Source of the DNA: Okamejei kenojei
Lineage: Eukaryota
Direction of reading: 5' to 3'
Assembly: GCA_035221665.1 (NCBI GenBank)
Contig: CM069132.1
Coordinates: 61,814,001 to 61,878,000, forward strand
Length of the DNA: 64,000 bases
Translations under genes and position numbers: made by a program
Shown: positions 24,786-38,634 of the stretch, piece after piece
How the letters are laid out: each line of letters opens with the position of its first letter
How positions within the stretch are numbered: position 1 is the first letter of the stretch
Notes under the pieces: model-generated
Database searches by the model: none
Seen by the model: the letters and a program-made list of their open reading frames with translations, nothing else
What the model was told of the DNA's origin: nothing

Positions 24786-26272
24786 CAGTGCCCTCCATAA
24801 TGCTTGGGACAAGGACTCATCATTTATTTATTTTCCTCTGTACTCCACAATTTGAGATTTGTAATAGAAAAAATCACATGTGTTAAAGTGCACACTATCA
24901 GATTTGAATTAAGCCTATTTTTATACATTTTGGTTTCACCATATAGAAATTACAGCAGTGTTTATACATAGATCGTCCCCCCCCCCCCCCCCCCCCCCCC
25001 CCACTTCAGGGCACCATAATGTTTGGGACACAGCAATGTCATGTAAATGAAAGTGGTCATGTTTAGTATTTTGTTGCATATTCTTTGCATGCAATGACTG
25101 CTTGAAGTCTATGATTCATGGACTTCACCAGTTGCTGGGTGTCTATAGAGAGAATTCTTCTGTCATCAGCTATGGAGGTCTTCCTTGGCCTGGCAGTCCC
25201 TTTGCGATAAGTAAGCACACCAGTGCTCTCTTTCTTCTTAATGATGTTCCAAACAGTTGATTTTGTTAAGCCGAAGGTTTGTCTGATGTCTCTAACAGTT
25301 TTATTCTTGTTTCTGGAGTATTGTGTACAGTTTCGGTCTCCAAATCTGAGGAAAGACATTCTTGCCATAGAAGGAGTACAGAGAAGATTCACCAGATTGA
25401 TTCCTGGGATGTCAGGACTTTCATATGAAGAAAGACTGGATAGACTCGGCTTGTACTCGCTAGAATTTAGAAGATTGAGGGGAGATCTTATAGAAACTTA
25501 CAAAATTCTTAAGGGATTGGACAGGCTAGATGCAGGAAGATTGTTCCCGATGTTGGGGAAGTCCAGGACACGGGGTCACAGTTTAAGGATAAGGGGGAAA
25601 TCTTTTAGGACCGAGATGAGAAAACCATTTTTTACACAGAGAGTGGTGAATCTCTGGAATTCTCTGCCACAGAAGGTAGTTGAGGCCAGTTCAATGGCTG
25701 TATTTAAGAGGGAGTTAGATGTGGCCCTTGTGGCTAAAGGGATCAGGGGGTATGGAGATAAGGCAGGTAAGGGATACTGAGTTGGATGATCAGCCATGAT
25801 CATATTGAATGGCGGTGCAGGCTCGAAGGGCCGAATGGCCTACTCCTGCACCTATTTTCTATGTTTCTATGTTTCTCAGTCTCATAATGGCTTCTTTGAC
25901 TTTCATTGGCACAACTTTGGTCCTTATGTTGATAAACAACAATAAAAGTTTCCAAAGGTGATGGACAGACTGGATGAGGACTCAGAGCTGAGAGCTGTCT
26001 GCCACCTGCATTAAGGAGGCTGTGCAATTACAAACACCTGTGAAGCCATGTGTCCCAAACATTATGGTTCCCTGAATTGTGGGGACTATATATATACACA
26101 GCTGTAATTTATACATGGTGAAACCAAAATGTATAAAAATGGCCTTTAATAAAATCTGACAATGTGCACTTTAACCACACGTGATTTTTTCTATTACAAA
26201 TTTCAAATTGTGGAGTAGAGAGGCAAATAAATAAATGATGGGTCTTTGTCCCAAACACTATGGAGGGCACTG
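24786..26272 (-). mobile_element. Internally deleted Tc1/mariner transposon, IR/DR type
   Basis: TA TSDs (24784-85, 26273-74); ~250-bp TIRs starting CAGTGCCCTCCATA, with inner direct repeats (~25005-25033, ~26049-26078); transposase HTH 'KSTVWNIIKK..GRPRKT-like' fused to C-terminal 'LVKSMNHRLQAVIA..ATKY'. Confidence 0.92.
25315..25869 (+). mobile_element. Young CR1 LINE 3' end inserted in the Tc1 transposase
   Basis: Open frame LEYCVQF.SP...EGVQRRFTRLIPG...RLRGDLIETYKI...FFTQRVVNLWNSLP; (TTTCTATG)n tail; TGTTTCT duplicated at 25308-25314 and 25870-25876. Confidence 0.92.
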
Positions 26273-26789
26273 TATCTATCTTAAGAGTTATTGTGTCTGG
26301 TTATTCAGTGTAGCATAAACTGAAGCACAATTTGGCCCTGTTCCTGAGAAAACATATATTCCCCAGTTGACTTGACCAAGATATTAAACATAATACGCCA
26401 ACAAAATATTGCATAGTTCCTTCTGTTCATTCAGATGCCCCGTTTTACTCTCTTTGTAAAAAAATAATAATTGTATACATGAGCATGCAGTATCAACAGC
26501 ATTCACATAATGAAATGTTAATATATTTAGTGTAAATGTCATCTATCTTTTTCACATTAGTATACTACAGACGTTCACTGTCAAATAATTTTCATGGATT
26601 AATGCAAGATACTTGGCAACTAAAAATACCTTTCTCTACTTTAAAATTTATAAATTTAGCATGCTTAACCAATTAAATAATTTTCACCACACAAGAAATA
26701 AACTGGTCTCCAACTGGCATTCAGAATACATAGCATTTACTTATTACTCGATTCCTATGCATCTGAATTCACATCCACTTTTACCACAG

Positions 26790-27128
26790 ATTCAGAAAGA
26801 TGTGGATTCAATTCCTTCCCAGTGACTTTTCAGAATCTAGCATGACAGTCCTAAGTACGAGCATGGAAATGCTGCATTGTTGAAGGTGTTGTCTTTTGGG
26901 TAAGATGTTAAAGATTGTATTTTTTTGGCAGTTATCCCCAGTATCCTGACCAATCAATAACAGAGATTAACTGGTCATTAGTTTTATTTATTTGTCTTTG
27001 TTGTGTGCAAATCATTTATTGTACTCCCTACTTTGCACCTGTGACTGCACTTTCAAAATGAATTCATTTATTTCAAAGCACTTTAAGTTAACCTGAACTT
27101 AAAAAGTCATACTGTAAATACAAGTATT
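26790..27128 (+). mobile_element. DeuSINE (SacSINE1/AmnSINE1-like) remnant; another at ~30950-31080
   Basis: ATGCTGCATTGTTGAAGGTGTTGTCTTTTGGGTAAGATGTTAAA resembles the Deu domain, followed by an L2-like tail. Confidence 0.5.
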
Positions 27129-27619
27129 TTATATAATTTATCATGTTATCATCTATTTGATACAATTAATTTTGACAACTTCCGCATGAAAATATACACT
27201 TCTCAGATAAATGGCAATCATATAAAAATGTAAAGGACTAACATTAAATAGACATTGTTGAAATAATCTATTCAGTTTTATTTTAAGGAACAAAGTACAG
27301 AAAAGGTCAGCTAAGGAATGTCGCTATAAGCCTTGCCACTTGATTTCACCTATTTACTGCCTCTGGGGCATTCTTCCAGTCACGTGACTTTGAGTTTGAC
27401 TTTAGTTTATTGTCACGTGCACGGAGGTACAATGAAACGCTTCTGTTGCATGTTAACCAGTCAGCGGAAAGACAATACATGCTTACAACCGTGCCAGCCA
27501 CAGTGTACAGATACATGATATAGGGAATAATGTTTAGTGCATGAAAAGGTCCAGTAAAGTCCTATCAAAGATAGTCCGAGGGTCTCCAATTATGGCAATG
27601 TGAACTCGAGATACAGTGA

Positions 27620-28790
27620 TTGCAGATGCTGGAATCTGGAAGAAAATACAAACAGCTGGAGAAACTCAGCTGGTCAAGCAGCACATGATGGGCAAAGGGA
27701 TGGTCATTGACATTTCAGTTTGAGATCATGCAACAGGACTGAGAGTGTAAAGGGATGATATCTCTATAAAGGAATGGGGTACTGATTCTGGATGATCAGC
27801 CATGGTCATATTGAATAGCAGTGCTGGCTCGAAGGGCTGAATGGTCTACTACTGCACCTATTTTCTTTTTCTAAGTTTCTAAATATGTGAGAGGGAATGA
27901 GAAAGAGGTCAGCATGTGGCAAGTAGAATCAGGTGGATTTGGGGGTGACAGGCAGATGGAGCTAGGTGGGGAGAGGGAGGGGTTGTAACAGAGGCTTGAG
28001 GTGATAAGTAGATAGAGATAAGGAAAGAAAAATTGAGCAGTGTGATCCAGATGAAGGAAGGGCATAGGAAAGGTAGGTCAAGGGAGAAAAAAAACATGGA
28101 TAGGTCTATGCAGATGGGCAATTGGACATCAGAAAGGTGATAAAATGGAATGTGAGCCTAGATTAACTGGTAGGAGTGAGAGAGCAACACAGGAAGAGTG
28201 GCTTAGCTGAAACTAGAAAAGATAATATTCAAAATATTGGGCAATAAGCTACCTGAGTGGAGGCCAAGGACAGACTGGTCAGTGTGTGAATGGGAATGGG
28301 AGTTTCAGCCTTTCACCACACTAGCCGCTGCATCTAGCATATCATTCTTCACCACTGCATCAGCTCAAATGGAATCCTGCTATCAGAAATATTTTCCTTC
28401 CCCCACCCGCACCCCCCCCCCCCCCACCCCCCCCCCCCCCCCCCCCACACCATTTTATTTCTGATTTCCATAGGACCTATCTCTCCATGAATTTCTGGTT
28501 TGCTCATCCCTCCACAGCTACTACTCCCCATCCTATGGCACTTTCCCTGCAAACATAGGAGATGTGAAACTTGTCATTACACCTCCTCCCTTATCATTAT
28601 CCAGGAACTAAAAAGCCTTTCCTGGTGAGGTGAGAGATTCACGTAATCCCTCCTTCTACCCTGTCTATTACACTTGGTCTTCTCAATGTGGCTTCCTCTA
28701 CATCGGCAAGACTAAGTGGAGACTAAGTGACTATTTTGCAGAGCACCTGTACTCAGTCTGCAACAGATATCCTAAGTTCCAATTTCATGG
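27620..28790. mobile_element. Penelope remnant with inverted segments; CR1 tail inserted at ~27770-27870
   Basis: Minus pLTR/endonuclease end at 27620-28300, followed by plus-strand 'GFLYIGKTKWRLSDYFAEHL' (28630-28815 ORF). Confidence 0.65.
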
Positions 28791-29344
28791 CATTCCCACT
28801 AAGTCGGAGTGCTGAAAACCTTCCCAGTTGCTTCGTTGTCTGTGTCAGCTGACTTCTGCAAAGAATTTCAATGAGTGCAGGAGGATATTACTTATTTTGA
28901 AGGAGACGTTGAAAAAATATTTGAAGCAATTTCTTACAAATAGCTAATTCTTCAGATCTCAGAGGTGATGGTTTACTTCAGGAGTCCGCTGTTAGAAATC
29001 CAAACAATGTGCCTCATTCTACAAAACTGCTTGAATGCAATTAGAAACTTGTAGCTGGGGATGTTAGCCTGGGAGAAGATATAGACATTGTTTATCTATC
29101 CGATCGATGGATTTGGAAGTTTTTTTCAGAGCTAATGTTGTTGGTACCTCCATAGCACATTAAGATGTCTATGGCAAGTTGTTCATTTTTCCAATACACA
29201 CAGGTGGGTTGGAGATCACTGCAGCCTGGGAAGCCATGAACTTGAGGGTATGGTCAAGGAAAATGTATTTCTGCTAGGATAGAGGGAAATATGAACACAC
29301 AATAAACAGTATTAACTTTCCCTTCGACTAAATGAGGGTGTTAT

Positions 29345-29557
29345 TATCTGCCACAGAAGGTAGGTGAGGTCAGTTCGCTGGCTATATTTAAGAGGGAGTT
29401 AGATAGATGTGGCCCTTGTGGCTAAAGGGATCAGGAGGTATGGAGAGAAGGCAGGTAAGGGATACTGTTGGATGATCAGCCATGATCATATTGAATGGCG
29501 GTGCAGGCTCGAAGGGCCGAATGGCCTACTCCTGCACCTATTTTCTATGTTTCTATG
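29345..29557 (+). mobile_element. CR1 LINE 3' end, same family as 25315-25869
   Basis: Near-identical to 25664-25872, including the TTTCTATG tail. Confidence 0.88.
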
Positions 29558-29933
29558 TAATGGAAGTAAAATTCAAACCACATTATATTTTTTGAGGCAA
29601 ACATATGCTCACTGAAAATAATACATTTTCTTGGAAATACTTGGATATTCTAATGTGATGAAATGCAAAGGGACATGGGTTGCCTTGTGTAGAACATAAT
29701 CATTCATACATACCAACTCAGCAGAATACTATGAACTCATTTTAGCTCAATTAATGCCTCAGAATCAGGTCCAGCAGCATATTTAACATTTTCCTGCTGG
29801 CCATAATCTCATACAAACATTGCAAACATAGTTACCCATAGGGTAAATATGGTAAGGTCTCACAGATAAAAAAATACTGTGACATAAGCTAGCTGCATGG
29901 TACACTGTCATGTGTTTAATTGTCATTCATATT

Positions 29934-29976
29934 GAATTGCTATCAATGTGAATACAATTCACATTGATAGCAATTC
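29934..29976. repeat. Perfect 20-bp-arm inverted repeat
   Basis: GAATTGCTATCAATGTGAAT-ACA-ATTCACATTGATAGCAATTC. Confidence 0.95.
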
Positions 29977-32900
29977 CCGTTAACATTACATAGAATGCTT
30001 CTTTTTCATTTATATTTACTATTGATTTTCATGACATTGAATCTTCCCTTAGTAAATGCAATTGATTAATTTAAATAATCCTGCATGATTGGCAAATAAT
30101 GATAAAATATTAATGAATTATTTTATATACACCTTTTACTCAATTGTACTATTGCAGATGACACTATCTCACCCACATCCCAGGTCATATCAATTAAAAG
30201 TAGAAAGTCAAATTCAATTCAGATATTTTGAAATTAATCAATGCAATTGTTTACATTTAATTTTGAAATGTGGCTCATTATTGCACAAAAGAATTGACAT
30301 GATTAAATATAAATGGAAATGTCAAGCAGAATATTCTGCAGCTCAAGCATTGTACATCTTCCATTCTGAAATTGAATCAATTATTCGTATTCTTCAGATT
30401 CTGGCTCAGAAAGGGCAAGATGATAATGACAGCAGTAAAACTAACAATGACAACAATAATAGCTAAAGCAAAATGAATTATGCACAGCAGCAGCAGTAGC
30501 AACAAGATGCACACACACATTCCTCCTGGTGAATTAAAAATGCATAAAGCAAAACAAAACATTTGAAGTCCAATTCTACTACATTCAGACGTTTAAATTT
30601 GATGCTTTCTGCGTTGATCCAGCATTCCTTCAACTTTAAATGGTTCTCTTTGCACCTGCAAGCTAGTTTTTAATGATTTCTGTACCTGTACCCTAAAGGC
30701 TGATCCTGCACTCCCAGCAGGGAGCAGCAGTCACAGGAAGCACAATGCAGGAAATTGTAGGTGCACAGTCGGTGATTTTCCATCTATTAAGATGAATGGA
30801 TGAAAAACCACAGGCCCCATGTACACAATTTCCCACATTGCTGTCCCTGTGGATGTTGTTCCCTGCTAGGAATAGTGAGCATGGAATCAGCTCTTAAATC
30901 CTTAAGCTCGTTTACTATGTGTCAGATTGGCTGAATTTTTAGCATTTTCCCCTTTGAGTCAGTAGGTTGCAGCCTCAACATCCGTTACAGATTTTAACAA
31001 ATAATCTCGGCTGACATTTCAGTGTAGCACAGAGCATTCTTAGCATCCTTTGGAGGAGACATTAAGCCAGTGTTTCTTTCGCTAAATACAATGATCAAAT
31101 GATATTGGGCCAGATTACACATACTTTTGCCAGCAGATGGTCAAACTTTGAAAGGAAACTCAGTACTGGTGTCTGATATCTCTGCAGTGAATGGCTAAAT
31201 GTGTCCGTTTACTCCATAGAAGTGATCTCCTTAGAATTCAACCACAGATCCAATTTTTGCTGGGATATCCTTGCACTGCACAGGGAAATGGTTATTCAGA
31301 TCAATTATCTCAATTGTTTCAGTGGGAATTGCAGAGGAAACATTTGGGTGGCAAGAGAGAGGGTAAGTTTAAAACAAAATTATTGTGCATTATTTTTAAG
31401 ATTTTAATTATTTATGCACATTTTGCATTTTAATTAACTTACTTTTTATTTTAAAATATGTACATTTAAATTATTTATTTCAATTTTAATAATATTTATT
31501 TAAATTAGTCTGAATATCTGACATTTTAAAGGTGTTAAAATTACTGAACCCATTTACAGCCACTGAATGTCAGGGGCTGTCAAAGGAGTTTTGGAGTAGG
31601 GACCTCCTCACAGCACCACCCAAGGCCCTGTCACCACGTGCGCTAAGCAGTTGGACTCCAGGCTGTGGACAGCAACCCACATAGATCCTCTGCATTTGCA
31701 CCAGATAATTACAGGCAGGGACAGTGGACACCAAATCTGGACAGGGTGAGTGCGTTTGCACGATCAAGGGGTTTCCCCTCAATGCATCACATTTGAAGTT
31801 CAGTTCAGTTCAATTGTCACGTGTGTAGTGCAGGTACAGTGAAAAGCTTTTGTTGTGTGCTAACCAGTCAGCAGAAAGACAAAAACATGATTACAATCGA
31901 GCTGTTTACAGTGCGTAGATCACGTAATCTTTCAGTTTCAATTCTTCTGTGGAATTGTTCAGCTACGATACAGCAAAGAAACATGTCATTCAACCCATCT
32001 TATCCATGCTCACCGTTGGCACCCAGGCTGGTCCTATTCAGAATGCAAGACTCTCTCCTTTCTGTCTCTGCAACCTCATCAGGTTCTACAACATTCCAAG
32101 CTCCACCTTTGATCAATTCTGGCTTCCTGTTCATTTATTAGTCATTTGGAAATTGCACCTTTAGCCCAAAGGGCTCAAGCTTTGACTCTTCCTCCCTCAG
32201 CAGCTTGGCCTTTCTATTTCCTTTCATTAGAATCTAATAATCTCCTACTTTGACCAAGCAGCCCATCACCTTCATTGTCTCTGTGTCTGTCGTTTTATCC
32301 AACAATGCTCCTATAAAGCAGTTTAGGACATTTGAATAATTTAATTGTAATAAGGAAATGCAAGCAGTTGTAACAAGCAGGCATGAGATTGGACAAGCAC
32401 CCTAGCTGGTTCTCATCCAATAACTGTGGATGGGTCTTGGCGCATATTAGTTGTATTCCCGACTACTCATCCAGTACATGGTCTGTAGGGTTGGTTGGAT
32501 ATTAGTCATCTTCCCTCTGGATCGATTCTAATTGTACACGCTTAATTAGTTCCCCGTGGTAACAGCTGGTGACAAGGAAACAGTCAAATGGACACAACAC
32601 ACCGCCGAGAGTGTCATTTTCAGATTCCCTCCAACAGGGAAGATCTTTGTAATTGAAAGAAATGCATGTATGCTTTATCTAAATCACATGTTTATGGTTG
32701 GAGAAAAAAAACATATTTTGCGTGTAGTTGCAAAGCTGTCATGTTATATATAATCATTCAGAAATATATGTGCAAAACCGCACATTGCATAGTAGACTTC
32801 ACAAAGCAGTAAAAAACGAAATCACATTAGTCAAATGTGACTATAAACAACATTTCTATAATAGCCACCGTGTTAAATTATATCTGAAGCAGCGAATAAA

Positions 32901-35900
32901 ATATGTACAACAAAAGGCGATGCGTATATATGTTTCGAGGTGAAGTAAGATCTCTGAATATACTGTGGAAGAATTAGAATGAGGCGAGCAACACGCCAAC
33001 CGTTGATTGCCTGCTGTTTCAGAAAACTCCAGAAGCTCTGGCTGCATCTGTGTTTCACGCCTCGCAGAGCTCCACGGGTGCTCTAGTTGCCACTCGCTGT
33101 CCTCTTGCTCCCCCTCCTGTTGTTTCACATTACTACCCCATAATGGTACCGAACCCCAGTTGGCAGAGGCTACGTGCCCCGTATTGCACCTTTCCCTCGC
33201 ACAAATTGAACTGGGTTTTTTTTTCTCATAAACATTTCCTTTTTCTGTCACGAAAAATAATTTATTGCTTTTTTTCCCGAGTTTTTGCACGTCATTGTGG
33301 TTGACAAAGCAATGTATTAACCTTTTCCTTAATTTTTAGACTACTATCATTCCATTCTATATTTTTGCGGTAAGATACAAAAACAATGAAAATATACTTG
33401 GTATTGATATAACTCTGATGGTTCGTTTTTTTTCGGGAACATAAAATGATCGTGACGTTAAGCAACCGAACTCAAAACGGAAATAAAGGAATTTCGCAAT
33501 TTATTTAAGAACCACTGGAATAGCATAGAAGCAATGGTAGAGGTGGGTTGTGATTTGATTGTTGACTATTTCGGGAATAAATTTAATGGATATTAAAGAT
33601 TTTTATATAATTACATTTGCTTCTCCAACTGAACGAGTAAGTGATCTAAATATAAAACGATTGACTTGCAGTGTGAAATAGGCTAGACTGTGTCATTTTT
33701 AAACTGGTTTTCATCTTCGTTTAAACTAATTAAAGCACGCGTATTTACGCAAGTTTGCTTGCCTTGTAAAATCTACAGGTTTAGGTACTTGCGTTGTGAG
33801 CTAGGAGTTTAAGAAAAAAACGGTGACTTACCTTATAGAAAATGTTAGACTTCTCGCTGGGGGGCCTTGCGCTTGTCGCGGCAGCATTTTCACAAGTGCC
33901 TTAAATCTGTAGTTAATTGAAAAATGAGGATGCGTTCGACTGTGTTATGTCGAAAGAGTCTTAAGATTTCTAACATTACCATTTCGAACCAATGTACATG
34001 GATACAAGCGTAACGTTAACACGATTTTCAAAAGACATAGAGCAAAATCCACGGGATTTTTTTAATCGGTACCTTACAGCTTTAGCATTATTTAACATGT
34101 TCAGTTTAAAAACAACACACCCACAATGATTAAACCAACGTTAAAATAGTCCAATTTCATTTGCACTACACACTGACATTAATCTTGGTAATAACTCATG
34201 GTTTTTAGTGCATTTTTATGGTCTATAATTGTCACTGGGGATATTTTTGACTTCCTGGAATGGAAAGCAGTGTGACTGTGACCGTGCCTTTGAACTACAA
34301 ATACTATTTGTTCAAATAATTTACCTGCATTATCTGAAATGGTATAATTAACAAATTCTCGAAAAGTGGAGGCAAGGTAGAGCCAACTAAAACACGTATT
34401 TGGCAATAATAATTGCGCACTAAAGTATGTCAATTAATGGGCATAAGCTTATTAGTTTTGTGACACGAGACCAGTCAAACATTATTAGGTTTTGAGAGGT
34501 TGGAGTGCAGCTGATAAGAAGCATTGGAGAGGATGAAAGGAGCAATATGCTTTATACCGTGGCCTTTACTCCAATCTGCCCACAACACACTCAAGCAATG
34601 AAACACCTCCGGGAAGTGGTCGAATGCTTTTAAACCAATCAGCTGCCAGTTGACTTGCCAGCACCCATATTTCGATCGAGTTGTTTTCGGGTTTATTTCA
34701 AGCAATGCATCCTTTGGATCTAACGAAATCAACGGGAACATGAGTTTATGCATGCAATGATCAGATGCGCTCAGAAAAAAAAAAATTGCCCCAGCCGACC
34801 AAACCAAGTTGAGGCTTGGTTAATTTTAGAGTGAGCTGATCATTGTTCCCAGATATCTTCCCCCCTTACCACCACCTCGACCCCCAGCCCGGGCGATTAT
34901 ATGTTGAGAGACCACACCCGCTTAGCTCGTTCCTGTTTCCGACAATGATTCGTTGAAAACGATATGATTTAAAATAATTCAGAGATCCAGCTAAACGTTT
35001 CAGGATATCAAAAACTTGAAACGCAGTCCTTATAAAAATAAATTATTGTTTAAAGAAAATATTTAAGGTGAAATACACGTTCAGCAATTTCTGGATTCGT
35101 TTCACTTTCCTATTCCCTTCGAACATTTGGAATGATTTATTTCACCGCGATCAATGAAATCGAACACCAAAGCTTAAGTTAAGTAATGATGCAGTAATAT
35201 TTATAGAGCGAAGAGCACTGATGAAAACATCGACAGATGAAAACGATGTAAAATTGAAAGGCACAATATAGTTTCGGTAGAAGGAAATGCTCGCTCTGTT
35301 TTATTAGAGATATTTGGGGTGGGGATTTTGGTGAAAGAACGTCGTGCAAAAAAATCGGCAATGCCAACTAAAAAGTACGAGAACGGGAGGGGGGGGGGGA
35401 TTACTACTTTGGATAGTTTTAACTAGCTCAGGACACCAAGGACACTCCTTTTGTTCGGCACTAAGCATTTTATTGCTTCGGGACTAAATATTTGTTTAAA
35501 AGTAATTTAGGTGCCTTTGATGAAAGCCTAGGTGCTCTGCCAGATGTAATGGTCAATACATCTCAAACTTCCCGTGTCCTTTTGCTAAATTAGCTGGAGC
35601 AGAGCCATTTGTCCAACCATATTTCATATATTCAGTTTCAGCAAAGAATGTCCCTCTGCAGGTAAACTGCGCAAATCTACTGCAAAGTAAATGTAAATCT
35701 TGAGTTCGATGGAAATAACATTTCTGACGTTGGCTCATATTCTGCATCTGGCAATGTAAATCTGGCGACTACCTCGCTGTTCTTGCTTCGAATACTGGAG
35801 GCCTGTTTGCAGTTTTACCTTTCTATTTCAACACAGTTAGTGTAACATAATGATGCAATTGTATAAGCGAAGGATGCGTCCTGTTTCAACATCGACAACT

Positions 35901-37423
35901 TTGTGCAGCGCGTTAAAAAGATTGAATTCTGCATTCATGTGTGCTGTTCAGCCAGGTCCAGGTAAACACAAAACCAACAATCAGCTAACAGCAACGATGC
36001 TTGTGGGCGAAACTCCTAATTCGGGAAAGAACGGCATTCTTGAAAGTCTCCCATTTAACTTTGAAGACATCTAGCGGCAAAGTTGTGTCACTACAATGCA
36101 GTTACAGGGATAATTTGGCTCAGAAATATGAGCTGTACGTATATAGCTTTTACTTCTTCCCAAAGTGACAGTGACTATTTTTATTGGTCACTTCTCCGGC
36201 ATCTCAAAGATTTGATGTGACTCCCTACGGTTGTGATCGAATTTTCGAGTCAAGAGTTTGTATAGACCCTGCTCTTGAGTATCTAAATAGTTGAGTTGCA
36301 GTCATTCCCGAGAGCTCCTTGACTGGCCTGGAACTTGGCTGAACATGCAAGGGTCAGACAGGGTATCTGTGGACATATAGAGACTCATCGGTTTTCTCAT
36401 CTGACTGGTCAGATTAAGAGATATCCCGATGAAGAAACTGACGACATCCTGGTGGCATCCCTGATTCTTTAATCCAACGGAAAATAATTCATAACCTGCC
36501 TTCTGTCGGTATGGTGGGGATGCACATAGAACGAGTTAGTCACTGGAGACAGTTTACGGTCGATTTAAAACATTTTCAATCAAACATTTTCAGGCTATAT
36601 TAATTTAGAAAGATTCAGTAAATTGTCGATCAACCAAAAACAAAAGCCAAATAAAATCATCTGTGTTGCGTTTTTGTAGAAATAAATGCAGTGTTTTGTG
36701 TTAATTAAAATAATTTGCCATCTATTAAATAGTCGGAAAATATGCAATACATTTGCGAATCATAGCAGTCTCATCTTTTCCTTAAATATTATCAAATATA
36801 ATACCTCACATGCTATTGGACTCCGCTGGCTGATACCAGCTACCTCGCGCAAACACTCAATTAATTTTCGACATGGAAGACTTCATTTGGATCCTCTGAT
36901 TATTGTAGTTTCACGCTGCCTCCATGCAGCAGAAAGAGCGCCAGTCTACGACTATAGGACCGAGTTTAGTACCAAGTCGATCGTGTTTTACATTTGGGGT
37001 ACATAAACTGACATAAAGAAGGGATTTGGTCTAAAAGCGACCGTACAATGTAATAGTAACATGTTATCATTATGTTATGACAGTTTTTCAACAGCCTGTA
37101 GGTAAGCTGACTAGCTACAGCTTACTACCCAGGAAACATCTTTGTTGGAGAAAGAGGAAATAATCGGACCATCCTTTTGTGCAACCTTTATCGGAGGCAA
37201 CTGTAAACAAGGATTTGCAGATGTTTGTTTCGAAATGTTTCCACATGAATTCAAAGACCAAGCCCGTACAAATTACAGGAGCAACGATTAATTGGTTTTG
37301 AATAAGTATTCGTTTGGGAATTCATTTAGCTATTACCTAATGGAGGTGCACCGTAAACAATTGCTGGATAGTATACAATGCGACGATTCTCCAAGAATTA
37401 ATGATTTATTAGCACGGAAAAAC

Positions 37424-37583
37424 NNNNNNNNNNNNNNNNNNNNNNNNNNNNNNNNNNNNNNNNNNNNNNNNNNNNNNNNNNNNNNNNNNNNNNNNNNNNN
37501 NNNNNNNNNNNNNNNNNNNNNNNNNNNNNNNNNNNNNNNNNNNNNNNNNNNNNNNNNNNNNNNNNNNNNNNNNNNNNNNNNNN
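37424..37583. other. Assembly gap (160 N)
   Basis: Run of N; a pLTR fragment starts right after it (37586-37640). Confidence 1.
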
Positions 37584-38634
37584 CCGAAGATAGACACAAA
37601 AGGCTGGAGTAACTCAGCGGCACAGACAGCATCTCTGGAAATTTTATATATCTATATATATATCGCAGATGTCCATTCTCGATTTTGCAATCACAAATAT
37701 GCGTTCCAATAACCGGGAGTTAAATATTAGATATGACATTTTCAAGATATATTAATGTCCAGAACTAGTTCATATTTTCAGCTTACCAATATAGTGTATA
37801 GGAAAAAAAGCGACAGTAAGTAAAGTTAAGAACCATAGTTATCAATATATTAAATATTTGCAATTAAGGTACATGTTGTACTAAAATCAATGCTAATGCA
37901 ACAGTACCAAATGAATGACGTGTCCTAATATCGTCCTAGACATTTACAATGAATTATACCAAAGTACCTTTGGCGTTTAATCTACCTTCACACTTAATAC
38001 ATGTATACAATGCATAAAATGTTGATTTAATATAGTGCGGGTACCAGTTACATTACATCACAAAAAAACCTATTTTCATTTTTAATGGTAATTCATATAT
38101 ACTTAAATCTATTTATGGGTCTTAACCTAGGGATGATTTTTTAAATTTCCATAATACTTGAATCGTTTTCCTTGAGTTTATTATGAGTGTAGACAGGAAG
38201 ACAGAACTCCACATATATGTATGTAAAACTACCTAAGGAGTTTTAGCTATTAGTTTATAGTTTACAGACAATTGAGACGAGATTCGGTACCTCAAAGCTG
38301 ATAGTTACAACTCTGATAAACCTTCTTTGTCTATCAAAAGTGCACATATTGTACATTTTGGCCCATTGAAGCAAAATAATGCATTAAATATTACCATGTA
38401 CTTTTAATCGCTGGTTGTGATTTTTTAGGTAAGAATAAAGCTTTACAAAAGTCATAGTGAATATAACAATGGCTTAATTGTACTTTATTGTCATGTACAC
38501 CTAAGTGCAGTGAAATGCATTTCCCATTCAATTCAGTGACGATCCTATTATACATTAGGCACAATCATGCTAAGCAAAAGTCTATAAGACAGTAGACCAA
38601 TTAAAACAAATAATTAAGTCTTATTCATTCGCAG

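Noticed and set aside
25223-25780. 185-aa ORF as a host gene
   Set aside because: CR1 ORF2 C-terminus fused by chance to antisense Tc1 sequence.
34430-34810. Possible HoxA14 exon 1 relic
   Set aside because: Position is plausible, but I could not recognise any Hox14 motif by eye.
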